Positions 39,461 through 51,394 of a stretch of 64,000 nucleotides of DNA are shown piece by piece. A program made the translations under genes and the position numbers. The stretch is from positions 3,348,001-3,412,000 of the forward strand of contig OZ176053.1 in the NCBI GenBank assembly GCA_964247055.1. The letters are read 5' to 3'. The notes under the pieces were generated by a model, which was given only the letters and a program-made list of their open reading frames with translations, ran no database searches and was not told the DNA's origin. Every line of letters starts with the position of its first letter. The first letter of the stretch is position 1. This DNA is from Paragordius varius. Taxonomy: Eukaryota > Animalia > Nematomorpha.

Positions 39461-40009
39461 GATGATTGTTGTCATATAAAATATGGGCTTATAAGTATAT
39501 ATAAAAAGTGATAAAGTTTATCTCAATTCGATTATGCATTTGCTAAAATTTAAACACTCAATTAAAAATGGATTTTGCACTTATAAGCAAAAAGGTAAAC
39601 ACATCGATATCTAAAATATAGAGTCTTCTCAATTAGGAAAATAATCAGCCTTTAAGAAAAATAAGAATTTATTTTAAATTATGCCATTTAAATATTATAA
39701 ATTTTAACATTTAATCCATATGATTTTTAAAAGGGTGCTCAAAAATATAAACCCGCTTTAACTATTTTTTATGTTTTAATATGAAAATAGATGTGCATTT
39801 TATTTAGAAAAATTGTTTAAAAATAAAAATTTTATTAAGATTTTATGAGCTTTTTGCAAATTATGGATTTCCAAACCTTTCGCGAACCGCGCGTTGGACA
39901 CCCCTCTTTTATACGAATTCGTTAACAGATACGTATTAGTTATACCTCACTATTAATTAGATGGCTCATAATTTTACGTAATATGTAAATTATTATTATC
40001 TGTCTATAT

Positions 40010-42738
40010 CAGGGGTGGCCCCACTTTTTTTGTCGCGAGCTTTTTTTTGGCTTTTTTGTTAAAAAAAGAGTTCGCGGTCACCCAGAAATATTTATCAAAA
40101 AAAACTCAATCAACACTTTAAATGATGTATATACCTGCTTTACAGATTAGAGTGACTTGTTTAAACCATTTTAAAATTGTAATTTTTTTATCTATCAACC
40201 AAATACAAAAATAATTTTAATTAAAAGACAACGGGTTATTAACTAACTTAATTTTTTAACCAACATAAAACACTTCAAAATATTTATTTATTAAATTTCT
40301 ATTATATGAAATTTTACAATATAAAAATTTAAACAATGCATTTGAAATTACAGGGGAGAATACATTATGATACAAAAAATAAAAGAAATAAAAAATAGCA
40401 TTCCAATTTAGAACCATAATTTGAACATAAATAAGAGTACATTAAAATTGTATCAGTTTTAATTCTATCCACATATTTTTTAGTAAATCGGCTTTTTCCT
40501 AAGCGAAAATACAACTTGATAAACATCCATATTTAATAAAGAAAAAAATATTTAAAACGCCCGACTGCGAAAAAATTCAGAAAGTTTATCTAAATTAGGT
40601 TCAAATGAAGTCAAAGCAATTCTCAAACATGATTCTAAATGTTTATTAGTTGATTGTGACCTCTGTTTAGTTCTGATAGCATTCATAATTGAAAAAGCCG
40701 ATTCACATAAATATGTGGATCCAAAAAAAGAATTGAATAATGCAGCGGTTTTCCAAATATGGCGGTATTTATCTTTATTTATAAATTTATATATATCTGA
40801 TCCTAATGATTTTAGATGGATATCGCATTTAACATTTATTAATTCCTCTTCCAACTCTGCTAAATTTGGTACACCAAGAAAGTGGCTGAGTTTTTGAGCA
40901 ATATATTCAACATTATTATTATTATTAAATGGGCATGATAAAAAAACGATGTCTTCAAGTTTATTTATAGATGAAAATCGTTTTTCAAAATCATTAATAA
41001 GCAGACCAATATCATCTGCATATTTTTCAAAAGAGAGATTCTCTATTTTTTCAGACACCGCTGCCAGATTAAAAAAATGTTTTAAATCTCGGTTTTTTAA
41101 TTGTGTTTCTACTACTGTTAGTTTCCTTAAAAGATTTTAAAGCACCCATCATATCCATTATTGTTTTATCTTTTCCTTGTAATTGGATGTTTAATTTATG
41201 CAATTTTTCCGTGATATCGCATAAAAATGCAAGATCAAGCAGCCAATCTTGATCTTTCAATTCAGGGTATGAAAATTTAGAATCTCTAAAAAAATTTCTA
41301 TTTGTGGTAAAAGTTGCCTAAAATTAAAAATGCGGCACGACTCAACCACCTTACATCAGTATGTAATAAAAGTTCTCCATATTCCACGCCGCACTCATTT
41401 AACAAAATTCGAAATTGGCGGCGGGACAAGCTTTTTGTTCGAATGGCGTTAACAATTTTAAAACAGGGGTTCATTACATGATGGTATTTTAAAACTTTTG
41501 AACATAAAACTTGATTATGGATTATACAATGGTAATCAATGAACTTGGGAAATGCACTGTGATTTTTACATAAAGCGATAAAGCCGTTGTTAACGCCAAT
41601 CATAGCTGGAGCTCTATCAGTAGTTATAGATGCGAGTTTTACGATGGGAAGTTTCGTATCTGTGATAAATTTATAAAAAGAATCAAAAATATCCTGCCCT
41701 CTGGTTCGTTCGTGGAGAGGTATTATAGTTAATAATTCCTCCTTTGCAGATAAATCACTAAATATCATACGAATAAAAATGCATAATTGGGCGATTCCAA
41801 CATAATCGGTGGACTCATCGAGTTGCAAGGAAAAAAAATACAGTTATTAATATTTTCATGTAAAATTTCATCAAGATTATTACTAATATCTTCAGCCCTG
41901 CGCATAACGGTATTTCTCGATAAGCTCATGCTTTTAATAGCTGTCATAATATTATTTTTGTTATCAAAATTTTCAAATAAAATATCACAAGCGCTAATAA
42001 AGGCTTCTTTAAATATTTCACCATCTTGGAATGGCTTATTGTTCCGAATGAGTATTTCCGCTACCTTGAATGAAGCAATCGTAGCATTTTTAGTCTTTGT
42101 TGTATTTAAGTATGCTACTTTGTGAGGAGGATAATTATTCTTTTAATTCCTTTACTTTAATGTTGCGTTCTTGAGTTTGTAAGGGGTAGTTTTTGGAGTA
42201 ATGTGGATGCATAGATCTATAATGTCTTTCAATATTTGACTTTTTGGGCAAAGCAACAGTACTATTGCATATTAGACAGGTGCATGTTTCATTTATCATA
42301 ATAAAAAAGTATTCATGCTCCCAATCTTTCTTGTATCTGTACAACTTTTTTTGGCTCATTCTAAAGTATAAGTTTTAAAAACCTACTTTTGGTGTATCGA
42401 ATCAAATCTAACTTCACGATTATGCTTCTGATTTATGAATAAGCTTTGCTCAAAGTTTTGATATATTCAAGGGAAATGACTGATTTTAAGTTTTAATGCA
42501 AATGCTCCAAAACATATGAATTATAATTAATAAAATAATTTTTTTACACCCTTTTCTTAGACGTTTTTTTTTAATTTAAACCGTATTTTTTTGTATTTTA
42601 AATTTAAATTCGCTCAGAAGTAGCCAACTATCCGAAAAAAATCAATAAAATTTTTAAAAAAAAAATATTTTCAAGCGGTCACTTTTTGAGTTGTCGCGGT
42701 CACGAAAGTGACAGCGGTCACCTCGTTGGCCACTCCTG
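40010..42738 (-). mobile_element. hAT transposon (Charlie/SPIN/Buster-like), full length 2729 bp, transposase disrupted
   Basis: TIRs CAGGGGTGGCCCCAC / CAGGAGTGGCCAAC (reverse complement of the right end); exact 8-bp TSD GTCTATAT on both flanks. Confidence 0.95.
40552..42359 (-). pseudogene. hAT transposase (GTF2IRD2/ZBED5-like), broken into ~5 ORFs
   Basis: Zn-finger CLIC...IERHY, then LDESTD, ITTDRAPAM, HCIIH, VRWLSR, LAFLCDIT and FGSTYLCESAFS motifs in order. Confidence 0.93.
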
Positions 42739-43085
42739 GTCTATATGGCAACATTTTTATCCAAAATTTAAGCCAATTATGTCATAAGTCTGTAGTCCCA
42801 AAAAAAGTATCATAAAAGCCTTAGATCAGGGGTCTGCAACAGGGTACTCGCGAACCGGTGGCTCATTGAAAGAGTGGCTCTTTGGAAATTTTGAAAAAAA
42901 TTTCTAATTTTTTAAAAAAAATTTTATATGTAAATTAGCAATTTTGTTTTGACATTCAAATTATTTTTAGAAACTTTTAATAAAATTCTTTATTATAAAT
43001 ATCTATCACATGCGTTTAATCATTTATAAAACACTTTTATTCTTGCATGTTATTTCTAACTTCAAGATGATAACTTTCACATTAA

Positions 43086-43654
43086 CACTTCGATTCAAAT
43101 TGGGTTATCTAAATACCCCAGACTTAATTCGAATTAGGTTTTTTAAAAGACTACTGGAGGAAACGGTCCCAATTTAAAATTATGCTTCTATCCTAATAAA
43201 AATAATATAAATAAGCTAAAACATCCAAATAAAACTTAATTTTGAAAAAAAAGTTCCATGTCAAACTACTTCGATTTTTATTTTGCAATTTTTGCAAAAT
43301 ATCGTCTTCATTTAATTTTAAGGGTAATAAAGCTAATTTTTTATTTATATTACATATAACATTGTTTTAAATAGAAAAAGCGGTTTATTTTGTAGTATTT
43401 CAATTTTACCATTGCACATATGTCGCGTTGACGAAATTTTTATTTCTCGGTTTTAGCTTAAAATAAGTAATATCAAGTATTTTTAAAAAAATTTTTTTAT
43501 ATATTTCGGTTTATTAATGTTATACAAGTGCAAAATTTTGCCATGGTTTCGATTCCGTCCATATTTTTTATTAATTTAATTTTAAACAGGCCTGGGGTAT
43601 TTAACTACCCCAATTCGAATCGGAGGACAAAAATGAATGTGTTGCATCGAAGTG
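43086..43654 (-). mobile_element. piggyBac-like MITE, copy 4, nested in the second hAT
   Basis: TTAA on both flanks; homologous to the other three copies. Confidence 0.8.
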
Positions 43655-43807
43655 TTAAATTAAAACATTAAATTACTTGCAAAAAATAGGTATTTAAAAT
43701 AATTTATTTAGCTTTCATACCAATACTGGGAATTATAATTTGGTCCATTGAAACATTAAATTACTTGCAAAAAATAGGTATTTAAAATAATTTATTTAGC
43801 TTTCAAA

Positions 43808-45490
43808 ATGCATATATCTAAAAAATAAATAGAAAATACAATCCCAACTGGGAATTAAAATATGGGTTTAATCAAATTTTCAACAAAGCGGAGTGCATTA
43901 TTTGCAAATTTACGACAAACGGATTTCACGAATATAATTTAAAAAGACATGCCAATACCATGCATTTGGATTTTATTAATATGACTACAGAAATGAAAAT
44001 AATAAAATTAGAATCTTTAAAATATTAATAATCTCCAACCAACAATTTCATTCACGCCTTATCCGATAGTAAAGGCAAGTTATATTGTTGCCAATTTACT
44101 TGCCAAAGAAATGAAGCCTTATTCTCATGGTGAGTTTGTAAAGGAATGCGTACTGAAAATTATAAAATGTCTTTTGCCTAATAAGGTTGAATTAATATCC
44201 AGTATAAGTCTTTCGCCCAATAATATGTGTAGACGATACCATCGCAGAAGAAATTCAACTTTCCCTAAAAGAAAGAATTCAAAATTTGTGGCGTTTTCCT
44301 TGTCATTTGATGAAAGCACAGATATAAACAACATATCACAATTGGTAGTCTTTATTCGAGGGATTGATGAATTTTTTAATAAACAGAAGATATGTTAGGC
44401 TTACTTTCGATGAAAAATACAACTAAGGGAGATGACATGTTTCATGCAATTTAAATATATTGAAAACAATAAATTAAATATGAGGGCGCTATCTTGTTTG
44501 ACCACAGATGGTGCCCCAGCTGTGATGGGAAAAAACAAGGGAACCGTCAAATTATTGTTAAATAAGATGGAATCCGATGGTATTAATATTGACCATATAT
44601 ATATAATGCATTGCATGATTCATCGTGAAAATCTCTGCGCACATGCTCTGACAATGGACAATGTTATGACCGTTGTTATTAAAGTAGTTAATTTTATAAA
44701 ATCTCATGCTTTGAAGTATAGGCAGTTTAAGGAGTTTTTAAAAGAAATTCATTTAGAATATGGAGATCGTATATTTTTTTCAAATGTAAGGTGGCTTAGT
44801 CGAGGGAAATGTCTAAAAAGGTATTATTATTCATTAAAAGAAATAAATATTTTTCTATTGCAGAATAATTATTTGGCAGAGGAATTAACCAATGAAGATT
44901 GGTTGTCAGATTTTTTATGCTTTTCCGTAGATATTACCGAAAAACTAAATCAATTAAATGAATCCTTGCAAAAGCAAGATAATTTAATTGTTGATGCGAA
45001 TAACCATATTAAAGCGTTTTGTAAAATTGACGTTATTTGAATGCCATTTAAAAAAATAATGCTGAACATTTTCCAGAATTTAATAGATTTAAAGCTGGTA
45101 AAACTAACATTTTTTCAAAATATGCAGATCAAATCATATTATCAAAAGCTTTTAATAAACGGGGATATGACAAAATATGAAAAAATATTTGATTTATTTT
45201 TTTGTCCATTCGTTGAAGCTATCAACGCTCCTATTAATTTAAAAATGGAATTACTAGATTTGCAATCCAATAATAAATTAAAATTATTATTTGAACAAAT
45301 AAAATTAAATTTTATAAAAAATATGTAACGTTTGATAAATATCTAATTTAAGAATTTTTGCACAAAGATTAATTTGTGCTTTTGGGTCCACTTTGTGAAA
45401 GTTTTTTTTCTGAAATAAAATATACAAAATCTCTTTAACGTTCTTTATTAACTGATGAAAACTTGGCGAATGAATTGAGATGTGCTGTAT
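43808..45490 (+). pseudogene. hAT transposase (GTF2IRD2-like), frameshifted
   Basis: RKYNPNWE...CIIC...EYNLKRH, then KPYSHGEFVKEC, FDESTD, TTDGAPAV, HCMIHRENLC, VRWLSRG and SVDITEKLN motifs. Confidence 0.9.
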
Positions 45491-46707
45491 CAAAAATTGA
45501 TGTAGATCTGAATAAATTAAACAAAAAAATTAAAACAAATATCCCATTAAAAATTTAATTATGCAATGAAAAATGTTTATATATTTTATTTTTATTAGAT
45601 AAAAAGGTTACATTTTGGCGATTAAATCATAGTCTACTCTAGTCATACTATCGAATTGCAATAAGTTTACCATATCAATCTATTTTTATCTTTTTTTACA
45701 CATTGGTATAACAATTAGCAAAGCATTATTATATTTATACTGTTTATTTTCCTTTTGATATGAAAATTAGCACATCTATACGTTAATATAATAAATTTAT
45801 GTTACCAATGTCTTGATATATATATAAATAAAAAGTGGCTTTTTGGAATTTTGAGGTCGAAAAGGTGGCTCTTCAAGCCATTTGTGTTGGACACCCCTGT
45901 GCTAAAACACATCCGCCTTTGTGCCAATTATAAAAAAATCTTTAAGTTCACGGTCAAAATTAAAAAATATTTTTGATAAATGGATATTAATGATTTTTAT
46001 ATTATTTTTTATATTCCATTTTCTTCAAATCTCAATTTTGTAAATATTTTATATACTTTAATAAAACCTGTTTGAAAATTGATAATGAATTATACTTTTT
46101 AGCAACATAATATATTTTAATTATATATAAACACCCCTGTAAGACTTATAATTCACAATGCTTCACTTCATGCAACTCAGATCGATTTTTGTAAAAAAAA
46201 TCATGTTAAATAAACACTGTTGTGGACTAAACATTTTTATCCGAGTATATATTTTTTATCTTCTAAGAAATATGTAATACTAAATAGAATAAGTGGTAAA
46301 GTAAAGTTTTTTTATGCACGCCCGCTTTCCGGGGTGAAAATACGGCCGAAGTCATTTGTGTTGGACACCCCTGGACTAATAGCTTAAAAGAACGGCTTAA
46401 TTTAATAAATTGTCTAAATTATAATCGGTGCATTCATAAATGACCAAATATTTTCCATTTTTGGATTCGATACAGGAGTAATTACTTTCAAATCAAACTT
46501 TTTTTCTAATTTCGTATCAGCTTATTAAATTAATTGGCCGACTATAAGCAGCAATTTAATAAGATATAATCCCTAAAATTGATATGAAATAAGCACCATG
46601 TTATCATTATGATTTTTAACGAGGCGGAGGAAGATGAGTCAACCAACAAGATTCGATACCAGGTAAGGAAATCTCAAAAAGACATTGAAAAAATTAACTT
46701 TCTAACG

Positions 46708-46978
46708 CAGGGGTGTCCACAAAGGGCTTTGCGGGCCGCATTTGAAAAATATATGGGCATTCATAAATATTCTATTTAGTGAAGAACTGTAATATGAAAA
46801 AAAAACAATATACTTTTATTTATTTCACCAATTTTTGCATTGGCTAATTTTAATGACATATTATATTAAGAAATTTATCTAAATTAAGACTTTATCAGCA
46901 TATTTTTGAAAATTATGAAAATCTTATGTATTTGCTAATTTTCCAAAGTTTTAGCGAGCCGCATGTTAGCCGCTCCTG
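46708..46978. mobile_element. hAT-type MITE (271 bp); family ends also at ~3640-3662, 7858, 22557-22578, 39890, 46350, 52010 and 53240
   Basis: CAGGGGTGTCCAC...GCGGGCCGC left end and GCGAGCCGC...CTCCTG right end; flanks TTCTAACG / TTCTAGCA resemble a decayed 8-bp TSD. Confidence 0.7.
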
Positions 46979-47989
46979 TTCTAGCATATTAAGTTTTTTT
47001 TTAGGTTTTAATATTATAAATGTGGATATTAAATTTTTGAATTGATGCTAAAACGTGGCGGACACAGATGCAAAATTCAGATTATTGCGCAAAAAAATTA
47101 ATATACTCGTGAATTTAATGAGCTTTTCTTGAATTTTCTAGCATATTGATTTATAATAAGAGTTAGGCTTTACTAAAAGGGACCAATTAATTAATTAGAA
47201 TAGACCATTTACAAAAGAAACGTTAATATAAATCTAAAACAACGGACCTCCTAGCATATAGCTTTAATATAACATGTAGACGTATTTTATACTCTAACCC
47301 AATTCTAATTTAAAAATGCAAATTCTAAATTAAACCTAAGAGAAATACTTATGATCATATTTTGTCATACTTTTATTAATTATTTAAAGTTTTTTTTTCC
47401 AAAACCCTATACATGGTTAGAGCTAAACCTAGAGATTTATAAAACATAAGTTGGGCTACCCGCGATGCCTTTTTTAATGAATATAAATTATCCATTTTAT
47501 TTGAATGAGCCTACTCGTTTTACAGAATTTTGACTAAAATCCAACTTTCTTTATTTTTATAAATTAAATTTCAATAGCTGTGTATAATTTAAAGCTCTCT
47601 ATAACTTCTGATGCCGTTACATTTTTCGAAATGATATAAATAATCAGTTTAGCTTGCTTTTCCTAAAGAGTAGGATTTTATATTTTTAAAGGACTTTAAG
47701 TAAGCTTTACATTTTGCCTAGGGACAGTCATTATGAAAAAAGGCGGACTTTTATCTTCAAAAGGTCAATTTAACCAGGTTAAAGATAATTTTTTTCCTTT
47801 TGCCATAGAAATTGAAGCAATCATAATGGATTTATGTAAATTTTCCCTAGTAATCTTCTCAATTAAGATTATAACATTTAGAACCGATACATGCAGAACT
47901 TAAAAAATAAATCGTTTTAAGTTAAAATAAGATAATTTATTTGTTATTTTAAAACTTTATACATAAAATTAACATTATGAATATCACAT

Positions 47990-48870
47990 AAACAATAACA
48001 CATTAGCAATTTAATATGTATGTGATGAGTTATCATATGAAGTATGGCGTTGAATAAAAGGTTGGTGTAATGGTAAATGTGTGTGCATGTGTGCATGTGA
48101 GTTTGAAGGTTGAGTGTTAGAGAGTGAGGCGTATATCGAAGAATCAAAATCCATCAAATAAAAAAATCCAAAATTCAATAAAAAATAAATCCAAAATTTT
48201 TTATATAAAAGCAATGATAATATAGATATATGAGAAGTTTGAGTAGGTAAAGTTGTAATAAAGATGAGTACACGTGAATTTGTGAAGTATTTGAGTGAAG
48301 GATAGAGAATAGATGAGGTTGAGTGTGAGGTATGAAAAATCCAAATCCAAAAAGAAAAAATAATCCAAAATCCAAATGTCATAAAAAAAGATGATCCAAA
48401 AAATGATGAAAATATAAAGAATTCAATTGTATGTAGAATAGAATATATAAATGATGAATGATATAAATAAAGGTAGTGATGTGTTGATGACATGTATAAG
48501 GGTTGAGAGTGTAGAGATGAGTGTGAAGTGATATGTGGTTGAAGAAAAAGGTTTGTGTTTGAAGTATCCAAAATATCAAAAAATGTCATAAAAAGTAAAG
48601 AATCCAAATCCAATATAAAAATAAAGAATCCAAAAGTGTTACATAAAAAGATGAGTGTGATGTAATGTAAAAAGATAGATGTGATTGGATGTAAAGATTG
48701 AGTAGATAGGTTGTTGTTTGAAGTGTAGGTAGGTGTGGAATGTAAGTTTGGCAAAGATGTAAAGGAATAAAGAAGTAGAATAAATCCAAATAAGTAAAGG
48801 AATAAAATGCATAAAAAATCCAAAATGTATAATAACGATGAAATAAATAATAAGATATTGAAGAAATATT
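47990..48870. repeat. Compound repeat downstream of family copy 2
   Basis: Same alternating blocks as 35880-37380, with fewer subunits. Confidence 0.85.
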
Positions 48871-48909
48871 AAAAATAAAAAAAATTAATTATTTATGTTC
48901 CCCGAATCA

Positions 48910-51394
48910 TCAATCCGCCTTATTCCTCGGGGAAAGACAACTCCAATCCACAACTTCATATTCATTATACTCTTTCAATGGTTTCTCCACCGTTTTTTCT
49001 AAAAAATTGAATGGTAGAATTAAATGACTTTTCATAATTTATACATTAAGTTGTATAAAAGAAAAATTATTTGAGGAGAGAGATTATCAGGGTTACACCC
49101 ATCACCTCGAAATAGTATTAAAATTATTTTTCGCATAATCCCGGCTATTTTGCAATAATTGACTGGGGAAATATTAGTGACATAATATGGGGAAAATTTG
49201 CGATTTCGGATTTAATTATGATAAAAATTTGTTAGTAAAATGAGTCAAAAATCTTATTTAAGCCTAAATTCACACTCATTCAAACTCTCCACCATACATT
49301 TCATCTACTGATCATTAAACCTATATTTACACTATTCATCATTTATATACTCTAATTTTATTCTTTACATTATTTATTACATCCCACACCTGCCTACACT
49401 TACAAACAAATCCAACCTATCTACTCACTCTTCACATCCAATCACATTTATCTTTTTACATTACATCACACTCATCTTTTAAATAACGCTTTTTTGAATT
49501 CTTTTTATTTATATTGGATTTGGATTCGTTACTTTTATGACATTTTTTGATATTTTGGATACCTCAAACACAACACTTTTGCTTCAACCACATCACATAT
49601 TCTTATTACTCTTTTTTATGTTAAATATATTAAAATTTCGAAATTTTTAATTTTATATAATATAAACTTTCATGGTAATTATTGACACATTTTGTCAACT
49701 TTTAAGCAAAATCCTCTTAATACTCAACATTAAATATAATTAGAAGATATCGACTTCCGATTATCTTCACCTTCGTCAGCAAAAAGTTTCGCATAAATTT
49801 CCTCCACTTCGGAAAAGGAATCTAAAAAAATGAAATTATATTATTTATAACCTTAAAATGAGTTTTGGCACAATTCATATCAATGGCAAATTTAAACTCT
49901 AAAAAAACTCTTAATAAAAATGATGAGCTTTTTAATTAAAATCAAGATTTTTTAAATATGATTGTCTTCTGAAAAAATATTTGAACAACCTGAAGATATC
50001 GACTCCCAATCATTTTCAACTTGGTCATCATCTTTATTATTTAAAAGTTTTTCATAAATTTCTTCTACTTCGGAAAAAGAATCTAAAAAAAATATTATAT
50101 TGTTAACATTGATGTTCGGATTATTACCGATTGCGAAAAATGTTAACTTTTCAAATGCTCTTATTAAAAATATACCGATAATGTAAAACTAAAAGACAAA
50201 TATATTTACAAATGTAACCATACTTATTTAAACCTTGATTAAAGTATATATTTAAGTGTATGAACAATTTTCTGATACCAATTTTAACCAATATAATGAG
50301 TTTTTATAGATGTTTTAAAAAATATATATTTTAATTTTCACTGTTCGTTTAATTTCATTTTAAAAATAAATGAAACCTGAAGATATCGACTCCCAATCAT
50401 CTTCATTTTCAACTTGGTCGTCCTTATTATTTAAAAACTTTTCATAAATTTCCTCCACTTCGGGAAATATATCTAAAAACATAAAATTAATTTATTTAAT
50501 ATTATACAAAAGGAGTTGTAAAAAATGTTTATTAATAATTTTGGCATTTTACTTGGAGAAGAGACAGGACTGACGGGAGTCCATGAATGATATTGATTGA
50601 CTTCACTGAAAGTGACACTCTTTTTTGGCTCTATTTACATATAACATTTGTATTTTATGGTATATAGTTAGATTGATTAAATATATTTTTTGAAATATTT
50701 AACTTATTTTTGTGTATGGTAATGTATTGTTGATAATAATAATTAAAATCTCACTTTGCTCCGAAGGTACCTCGGGATTACTTTCCAATCTTTCCCCTTT
50801 GTTCTTTTTGTTAAAACAGCAAGAAGATATGCAGCATAGATATCTTCTCCAGCCTGTAATATTAACATTAATACTTTATGGTCATAAATAAAATGAAAAT
50901 ACCGACTTGGAACTTTTAAAGTTATATAAATATCTGAATTACGATCAATGTTAGTAATTAAAATATATATATAAAATGATTAGTGCCATCAACTTATATT
51001 GTGGTCAATAAATATTGTCAAGCCAACTATTAACAAAAGAATCAAGTTAATGAGAGTTTAAATTCTAGATTTATTATAAACCAAAGCTATTTAATATTAA
51101 ACATAAATATAATTGTAAGTTGGCAATAACAGTGTAAAAGCATTATTCCAACTAATCGGTAATATAAGTACTGTTTAAAACATAAATCCAAAATTTCGCA
51201 ATTTTAAATTATCTAATATTTTTAATTTTACATTTATTTGACAAAGTTAAATGTATCTAACGAATTTTATTATAAATTTTCTGTTTTTGTGAAATATTTT
51301 TGGAAAAAAAATGTTATATGTGCATACCCTGTCCTTTCTCTTGGGTTTCGCCACCATTTGTCGTTTTCGCACCGAATATCCTTCCGAATTTCAT
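48910..51394 (-). CDS. Tandem family copy 2
   Basis: Exons 51394-51328, 50853-50755, 50630-50553, 50472-50377, 50082-49990, (49821-49741, GT donor lost), 48998-48910. The frame stays intact if the donor-less exon is skipped; motifs YLCCISSCCF, KKSVTF and two DDWESI are present. Confidence 0.8.
49268..49600. repeat. Inverted fragment of the compound repeat inside the last intron of copy 2
   Basis: Its reverse complement matches the repeat (e.g. GAGGTATCCAAAATATCAAAAAATGTCATAAAA, GTAAGTGTAGG, GAGTTTGAATGAGTGTGA). Confidence 0.85.

Larger units (their letters stand above)
42827..45899 (+). mobile_element. Second hAT transposon (Charlie/SPIN-like), degenerate, with a nested MITE
   Basis: Left end CAGGGGTCTGCAAC; right end GTTGGACACCCCTG (imperfect TIR); TGGCTC subterminal motifs at both ends. 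No matching TSD. Confidence 0.8.

Noticed and set aside
40715-42125. Plus-strand ORFs overlapping the hAT element
   Set aside because: Antisense shadows of the minus-strand transposase.
46615-46670. Exon-like segment (EAEEDESTNKIRYQ followed by CAG|GTAAGG)
   Set aside because: The paralogous spacer near 53160 preserves neither the frame nor the donor.
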